Source: an uncultured delta proteobacterium (GTDB taxonomy: Bacteria; Desulfobacterota; BSN033; UBA1163). Taken from it: 64,000 nucleotides of DNA. The notes below the pieces were generated by a model. That model was given only the letters and a program-made list of their open reading frames with translations, made no database searches and had not been told where the DNA came from. Location: positions 7,089 to 71,088 of the forward strand of contig CAWHGS010000019.1 of NCBI GenBank assembly GCA_963828805.1. Reading direction: 5' to 3'. The position numbers were made by a program, and so were the translations under genes. Of the stretch, positions 58,241 to 64,000 are shown piece after piece (position 1 is the stretch's first letter; each line of letters begins with the position of its first letter).

Positions 58241-59101
58241 TTAGCTCCTTGGAATCAGGCCGCTGGGGCGCACGGCGAGAATGATGATCATCGGCACGAA
58301 CAGGGTGAAATAGGAGAGGTCGGGGAACAGGGCCCGGCCGTAATTATCGAGGAGGCCGAGAATCAGGCTGCCGACGAGGGCCCCGTTGATCGACCCGATG
58401 CCGCCGACAATGACGACCACGAGCGTGAGGGGCAGTAGCTCCCAGTCGAGCCCCGGATACACGCTCAGGAACGGGGCCCCCATGACACCGGCGAAGCCGG
58501 CCAGGAGCGACCCGAACCCGAAGGTCAACATGAAGACCTTCTCAATGTTGATTCCCATTGCGCGCGCCATCTCCTGGTTGTCGACCGCGGCCCGAATGAT
58601 GGCGCCCCAGCGCGTTCGTCCCAGAATGATGTTGAGGACTACCGCAATGAGCAGGCCGCTGGTGATGATGAAGAGCCGGTAGGCAGGAAAGCGCATGATC
58701 CACAGGTCGACGGATCTCGCCAGCAGCGCCGGAGGGCGGATGGTCACCGGGTCACCGTGCCAGAGGACGAGAGACACATCGGCGATTATAAGAGCGATGC
58801 CGATGGAGACGAGCACCTGGAGATGCGTGCGACCCAGGAGCCTTCGCATAAACATGCGCTCGGTGACGAATCCGATCCCGAGACCCGTAAGCGTGCCCGC
58901 CACCAGCGCTAGGGGAAAGTTGCCCGTGGTTCGCACGACCGAATAGCCGATGTAGGAGGCGAGAAGGTAGAAGGCCCCGTGCGCCAGGTTGGCGATCTTC
59001 ATCATCCCGAGAATGAGGGAGAGGCCGGCCGACAGGAGAAAGAGCAACATGCCGTAGGCAACACCGTTGAGACTTTGAATGATCCAGAATTGCACTGCCA
59101 C
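58241..59101 (-). CDS. livH: ABC permease, LivH type (GC-rich operon)
   Basis: 286-aa polytopic ORF. The N-terminus MAVQFWIIQSLNGVAYG parallels the paralog. Confidence 0.85.
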   Translation of the reverse strand: MAVQFWIIQSLNGVAYGMLLFLLSAGLSLILGMMKIANLAHGAFYLLASYIGYSVVRTTGNFPLALVAGTLTGLGIGFVTERMFMRRLLGRTHLQVLVSIGIALIIADVSLVLWHGDPVTIRPPALLARSVDLWIMRFPAYRLFIITSGLLIAVVLNIILGRTRWGAIIRAAVDNQEMARAMGINIEKVFMLTFGFGSLLAGFAGVMGAPFLSVYPGLDWELLPLTLVVVIVGGIGSINGALVGSLILGLLDNYGRALFPDLSYFTLFVPMIIILAVRPSGLIPRS

Positions 59102-59455
59102 CTCATCGCCGGGGCAGACTACAGAATGAGCATGATCCGACCCGTCCCCTCTCCCGTGCGGACGAACTCCAGTGCGTCATATAACAAAAAACGGAAAAGT
59201 CTGTCAAGCAGAAGCAAGCTGACGAACCTGCAATTCAGACACTGGACTTCAGACCTCAGACACCGGACTATTTTATATGGGGAATTGACCCTTGAAGCGT
59301 CCTTATCCCTTTTTCTCTTGAGGCTTTACACTCTATTTTCATCTCTCGTCTGATGTCTGAAGTCCCTGCCTGCGGTAGGCAGGTAGGGCCTCTTACTGAC
59401 TGAATCACAGAAGCCGAACACCTCACGCAATTATGCACCGGGCCTTGCAGGCAGC

Positions 59456-60847
59456 TTACAGAGGCAAATCCCTTACATTGGCCACATGATCAAGGTTTTC
59501 AATCATATCCGCCAGAGTTCGTATGCGGCCTTGAGGGGCGGACCCTTCAGCTAAAGAGTAAAATTTGTCACGCAATTCTTTGTGGCTCAAAGGATTCTCC
59601 GGATCACCCTTTGGAAAGTTCACCGTCTTCATCAAGGTTGTTCCAGTCTCCAGGCTCAAATGAATCCGACATCCCCATTCGCCGGGGTATTTCTCATCAA
59701 ATTCCTTTGTCGCGCGAATTTCAACAGGCGGGGCCTTTGACTGAAGTTCTTTATCTTCAAGTCGCTTCATGGAGAATTGTTTTGCCAGCGCTTTTCCATC
59801 CGTCAGAGCAACCGCCACTCCGTAGCGCATGCTGAATTGTGCTGCATTGGGTGAGGTCGGCCATTCTTCACTTCCGCACTGTTTTTTTGCGACGCCATAA
59901 GTCTCTATCTCTACGCCTCTGACCTGATCCGTCTTTAGGCCATGTTCCGCTTTTAGCGATAAGACCGCATCGATTGCAGCATGCATGCTTCGGCAACAGG
60001 CATAGGGTTTGATACTGATCCCTTCAATAAGGTATTCCTCACCCCACTCCTTGGTCACAGCATCGAAATCGTAATGATGACTTGTGGCAGGGAAAAGTCC
60101 TCCGTCGGAAGCTTCTAAAATGTGTGATGGACCCGTCAGGCCTGCCTGGGCCAGCTCGGCGGAGAGAACGCCATGATGGCTCGCCATACCCGCATGAAAA
60201 CGCTTGTTTGCCGCCCCATCGGCCAAAAAAGCCCAGAGGCCGCTGGACTGGGTACCTGCAAGCCCCAGGGCAGAGGTCATCTCATCTTCGGTGAGTCCCA
60301 GAAGAACTCCGGCAGAAGCAGCGGCACCGAATACTCCCAGCGTAGCCGTTGAGTGCCATCCGCGCGCACGATGTTCAGACACATTAATTGCCGCCCCCAG
60401 GCGGTGTGCCACTTCATAACCGATGACGACCGCGCGCAGCACTTCTAGGCCCGTCGCCCCCAGGTTTTCTCCAACGCCTAGGGTTGCAGGGATGATCACT
60501 GTTCCTGCATGAATCTTTGAGCTCCTGTGAACATCGTCCAGCTCCAGGGTGTGCGTCAGAATCCCATTGAAAAGGACGGAAACGAGTAAGGGCATCCTGG
60601 CATTTTGTCCCCAGACCAAAGGTGCGATACGGCCTGCCCCGGGTATGTCGCATCCGCCGGATAGTTCATTCAAGCGGCGAAAAATGTTTCGGTTCATCTC
60701 ATCCTGAGCCCCTCCCAGACCGCATCCGATCGCATCCAGAACACATTTCTTTGCTTTCACCATTGCGGAGGTTGGAATCTTGCTTGAGGGCGTATTGGAA
60801 ATGAAACGGGCAAGCGTTCTGGTCGGAGTTTCATTTTGTAAACTCAT
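59456..60847 (-). CDS. MmgE/PrpD family protein (2-methylcitrate dehydratase / iminodisuccinate epimerase family)
   Basis: 463-aa intact ORF. The N-terminus LARFISNT...KKCVLDAIGCGLGG and overall length are typical of the family. Confidence 0.8.
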   Translation of the reverse strand: MSLQNETPTRTLARFISNTPSSKIPTSAMVKAKKCVLDAIGCGLGGAQDEMNRNIFRRLNELSGGCDIPGAGRIAPLVWGQNARMPLLVSVLFNGILTHTLELDDVHRSSKIHAGTVIIPATLGVGENLGATGLEVLRAVVIGYEVAHRLGAAINVSEHRARGWHSTATLGVFGAAASAGVLLGLTEDEMTSALGLAGTQSSGLWAFLADGAANKRFHAGMASHHGVLSAELAQAGLTGPSHILEASDGGLFPATSHHYDFDAVTKEWGEEYLIEGISIKPYACCRSMHAAIDAVLSLKAEHGLKTDQVRGVEIETYGVAKKQCGSEEWPTSPNAAQFSMRYGVAVALTDGKALAKQFSMKRLEDKELQSKAPPVEIRATKEFDEKYPGEWGCRIHLSLETGTTLMKTVNFPKGDPENPLSHKELRDKFYSLAEGSAPQGRIRTLADMIENLDHVANVRDLPL

Positions 60848-60916
60848 CTTGAATGTTCCTCAATGTCAAATCTTGGCTCTTCGCATAATCGAGTAAGTCA
60901 TTTCTGTTTGTTTTCT

Positions 60917-61069
60917 TCCCCTCTTTAGCCTCCAGCCCATAGGGCTTCCGGCCTGGAGGGCAAAGAGGGGCGAGGGGAGATTTTATCATAAAGAAAGCAT
61001 TTGTTCTTAAAATCCCCCTCCATCCCCCTTTGCCTGTCTATGACAGGAAAAGGATTACCAAAGGGGGAT
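60917..61069. repeat. three consecutive palindromic G/C-tract hairpins
   Basis: CCCCTCTTTAGCCTCCAG / CTGGAGGGCAAAGAGGGG (16 of 18), GAGGGGAGATTTT / AAAATCCCCCTC, and TCCCCCTTTG ... CAAAGGGGGA (perfect 10) enclosing CCTGTC TAT GACAGG. Confidence 0.75.
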
Positions 61070-61214
61070 AATAAGGATCATAGCCATATCTTCATAAGGT
61101 TTTCACCCACTCATTTCTACGCATGAATCTGAACTTTGTTCTGAGTATACCGCAACTTAAATCGCTGCACCTCCGTTATCCTGTTCGGGTCAGAGAGATA
61201 TGGCGGACCCGGTT

Positions 61215-62183
61215 TCAAGTGAACGGATGATGCGCTTCGGTCACTCGCACCAGTCTTAATCCATCTTCCCCGGTTGCGGCGGGTGTCATCTTTCCCGTTA
61301 CAGCGTCAGCAAAGGCTTCGACTTCGCGGAAATAAAGATTTTCCGCCGGATATTCCATCTCATGGCTTTCGCCGGGGGTTCTGATTCTAAGACGGTGCGT
61401 GTCAACCCCGCGCAAAGGTCCGGTCGCCAGCATTCCACCGGTTCCAAAGATTTGAAGGTCGTTGGCGGCAATGGGCATCTCGCGGCTGCAACGAATCGAG
61501 GCTTGGCATCCATTTTCAAATTCAAGGAGGAGTGTGGTGGTTTCATCAGGCCGCCTGCTCACACGGCCCGGATAGGCGAATGCAAAAACCCGCCTGATCT
61601 GATCTCCGATGATCCATTGAACGAAGTCAATCACATGGACGCCTACGTCGGCGAGCGCACCCGCCCCGGCAAGGGCCAATTCATGGCGCCAGCCACTCAC
61701 TCTTGCTTCATGAAGGGGCGCATAACGTTGAACGGAAACCTCCCGGACAGTCCCAATGGAACCTTTCCTTATATAATCCGAGGAAGCCTGAAGTATTTTC
61801 TGGAATCGTAAATGAAGTCCTATCCGGAGCGTAATACCCGCCCCATCGCAGACGTTTAGCATTTCCTCTGCTTCCCTTGCTGTGAATGCCATCGGCTTTT
61901 GGCAAAGGACATGCTTACGGGCCCGGGCGGCAGCCAACACAATGGGGTGATGCAGGGCATTCGGGGTAGCCACATAAACGGCTTCCACCCGGGGATCCTC
62001 TATCAACTTTTCGTAGGAATAGTAAACATGATCAATCCCATGGAAAGAACCAAATTGATCCGCTCTCTCAACGACTGAATCAGCGCAGGCAACCAATTGC
62101 CCGTTGTTTGAAGCCCTGATTGCGGGTGCAATCCATTCATTGGCTAACTGGCCGAGCCCGATAATACCCCAAGAAAGCTTCAT
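61215..62183 (-). CDS. Gfo/Idh/MocA family NAD(P)-dependent oxidoreductase
   Basis: 322 aa with WGIIGLGQLANEW Rossmann start and VYVATPNALHHPIVLAAARARKHVLCQKPMA (EKP-type motif). Confidence 0.85.
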   Translation of the reverse strand: MKLSWGIIGLGQLANEWIAPAIRASNNGQLVACADSVVERADQFGSFHGIDHVYYSYEKLIEDPRVEAVYVATPNALHHPIVLAAARARKHVLCQKPMAFTAREAEEMLNVCDGAGITLRIGLHLRFQKILQASSDYIRKGSIGTVREVSVQRYAPLHEARVSGWRHELALAGAGALADVGVHVIDFVQWIIGDQIRRVFAFAYPGRVSRRPDETTTLLLEFENGCQASIRCSREMPIAANDLQIFGTGGMLATGPLRGVDTHRLRIRTPGESHEMEYPAENLYFREVEAFADAVTGKMTPAATGEDGLRLVRVTEAHHPFT

Positions 62184-62422
62184 ATGATTACCTCCCTAGA
62201 GGGGAAAGTTACATCTAAAATACATACATCAGATAGAAATGACAATATTGTCAAGCAGTTTGAAATCTTTGCTCACTCCAAGTTTTTTCCTTGCCCACCT
62301 CCACTTTTCATTTTACAAGAAGTCCAAGGTGCAAGAGGCCTGATCGGGCCTCAGATGCAGCTTCAAATCCCATGGAAGGAAAAACTGGGGGTGGGCAAGA
62401 GGTTTCTTCATGTTTTTTCATA

Positions 62423-62451
62423 TTGACAGGAAGAACAGATGGGACTAATGT
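62423..62451 (+). promoter_or_regulatory. candidate sigma70-type promoter of rpoD
   Basis: TTGACA at 62423-62428, a 17-nt spacer, then TAATGT at 62446-62451. It lies about 25 nt upstream of the GGGAG RBS and the ATG at 62477. Confidence 0.5.
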
Positions 62452-62476
62452 GAGAGGAGTCATTTCAAGGGAGCAT

Positions 62477-64000
62477 ATGAAAAAAAAGCGCTTTCCAAAA
62501 CATTCAATGGTTTCCAGTCTGCCGAGTCTTTCGACCCCGCTCTCTTTCCCGGACGATGTGAGCGGGCATGGATTGGACATCGATACGATTGGCGAACTCC
62601 GGGGGTTAAATCTGGAGAACATGACTCTTCTGCAGGAGGAAGAGCACGAGCCCATCGAATACGAAGAGATGCCGTTCCCAAAGGTGATAGACCCGGTAGG
62701 TATTTACTTGAAAGAAATAGGGGTCTTCCCATTACTGACCCGCGAAGGGGAAATAGAGATTGCCAGGAAGATCGAGACCGGAAAGAATGAGATCTTAAAT
62801 GGTTTGATCAACTGCCCAATGGCTGTCAGCGAGGTGGTTAAACTCGGGAAGGATCTCCATGAAGGGAGGCTAAAGCTCGACGATTTAACCAATCAGGCCG
62901 ACAATGAAGAGATGACGGTTAAAGAGAAAGAAAACCGGAGAAGAGCTGTTCTCAGCTTAATCGATAAGATTCGTAAAGGGATGAACAGGATTCAACTCCT
63001 TCGGAGGAAGCTGAGACATGAAAGGAATAAATCCCTCAAAACGAAGATCCGGGAGGAAATTGGGAACAAACAAGCTGAGATATTCGATGCTTTTAAACAG
63101 ATCGATCTGAAGGAGAGACATGTCAAGAAAATCGTACAGAAACTTAGGGAGTGGAGCCTCCGGATCGAAAAGTCTCGGCTGAAGCAGAAACGACGTGGCA
63201 AGGCATCACCCATCTCCCGCTCAAAAAAGGGGAAGTCCTTGACGAAAGAAGGTGGCCTATCTCCAAATCAGGTCAAAGAAGCTTTAAAGATGATAGAAAG
63301 GGGGGAGACCAGAGTTGGAGAAGCAAAGAATGAATTTGTGAGGGCCAACTTGAGGTTGGTCATTTCCATTGCCCTGAAACACCAGAATCGGGGACTTCCA
63401 TTGCTCGATTTGATCCAGGAGGGCAACATCGGTTTGATAAGATCGATCGATAAGTTCGACTATAGAAAAGGGTACAAGTTTGCGACCTATGCGACCTGGT
63501 GGATCCGGCAGGGTATGACACGGGCTATCGCTGAACAATCCAGGACCATTGACCTTCCGATGCATGTAACCGAATTCATTAATAAACTGAACCTGATCTC
63601 CCGGCAACTGGTTAAGGAGATGGGGAGGGAGTCCACGCTTGAAGAAATTGCCAAAAGGATGGGAGTATCGCCGGAGAAGATACGGAAGGTTTTGAAACAT
63701 TGCCGAAAGACCCGTTTCTCTTGAAACGCCCATGGGTGACGAAGGGGAGAGCCGGTTAGCGGATTTTATCGAGGACAAGGGAGCGGTTTCCCCTCACGAA
63801 GCAGCAGTAGGCTCTCATTTGGCCAAGTGGATTCGAAAAGTTCTCTCAACGCTTAACAAGAGGGAAGAGAAGATCCTGAGGATGCGGTTCGGGGTCGGGT
63901 TAACCAGGGAGTATACTTTAGAAGAGGTGGGACAGGAGTTCGATATCACCCGGGAAAGAATACGTCAGCTCGAGGCCAAGGCCTTAAAGAAATTGAAAAA
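62477..64000 (+). CDS. rpoD: primary-type RNA polymerase sigma-70 factor (one frame break near 63698; truncated by window end)
   Basis: Region 1.2 is [25 protein letters not shown] and region 2 is [36 protein letters not shown]. After one extra C is removed at about 63698, the read continues [17 protein letters not shown]...[16 protein letters not shown]. Confidence 0.85.

Noticed and set aside
54395-59353. Dozens of overlapping ORFs of 60-140 aa on both strands within the liv2 block, for example 55351-55794, 56277-57041, 57828-58232 and 58058-58438.
   Set aside because: This is typical stop-codon-poor clutter of high-GC DNA. All are antisense or out of frame relative to clearly recognisable Liv genes and have Arg/Pro/Gly-rich nonsense composition.
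1-64000. Search for phage-defence, toxin-antitoxin, retron, DGR or prophage content.
   Set aside because: I recognised no nuclease, helicase, reverse transcriptase, integrase, transposase or small paired toxin-antitoxin-like ORFs. All sizeable ORFs have metabolic, transport or housekeeping signatures.

Overview
64-kb chromosomal segment at roughly 50% G+C by hand counts, with one block of about 4.9 kb at about 60-65% and one island of about 250 bp at about 20%. It looks like an anaerobic, uncultivated-type bacterium, but the taxon cannot be assigned from sequence alone.

Content, left to right:
1. A three-subunit molybdenum hydroxylase of the 4-hydroxybenzoyl-CoA-reductase type (the FAD subunit carries an extra 4-Cys loop), an ExH-type amidohydrolase_2 (hydroxyaryl-acid decarboxylase-like) and a frame-broken tungsten aldehyde:ferredoxin oxidoreductase.
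2. A LivHMKGF-type ABC importer operon followed by cupin and MBL-fold genes.
3. DUF362, cupin, CocE/NonD hydrolase, DUF72, a Tat-signal O-methyltransferase, a DMT transporter, Tim44-like and LVIVD-repeat exported proteins, and YyaL.
4. A Fur-family regulator with a perfect 18-bp palindromic box, plus a CbiMQO ECF metal importer.
5. Housekeeping dusB, hydrolase, prmA and rsmE.
6. An AT-rich island holding a self-contained 45-codon Cys-rich mini-gene.
7. TRAP dctPQM plus a second HcrCAB-like molybdenum hydroxylase.
8. A locus of about 22 kb made of two convergent operons. It contains two divergent argininosuccinate-lyase-family C-N lyases, an opine dehydrogenase, an MmgE/PrpD protein, two enolase-superfamily enzymes, a Gfo/Idh/MocA oxidoreductase, an MFS transporter, a heavily frame-broken Opp/Nik-type importer and a GC-rich Liv-type importer. 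This is my best candidate for an undescribed system: metabolism of secondary-amine polycarboxylates, that is opine, aminopolycarboxylate or opine-type metallophore.
9. rpoD, running off the window end.

I saw no rRNA, tRNA, CRISPR array, integrase, transposase, phage or recognisable defence genes. Intergenic regions carry several families of palindromic or MITE-like repeats. There are about 30 frame breaks, roughly two thirds of them in the 5.4-kb opp-like operon. Every break I could resolve is a single inserted base, and one hits rpoD, so pseudogene calls must be treated with caution. All family assignments rest on motif recognition by eye; no searches were run.
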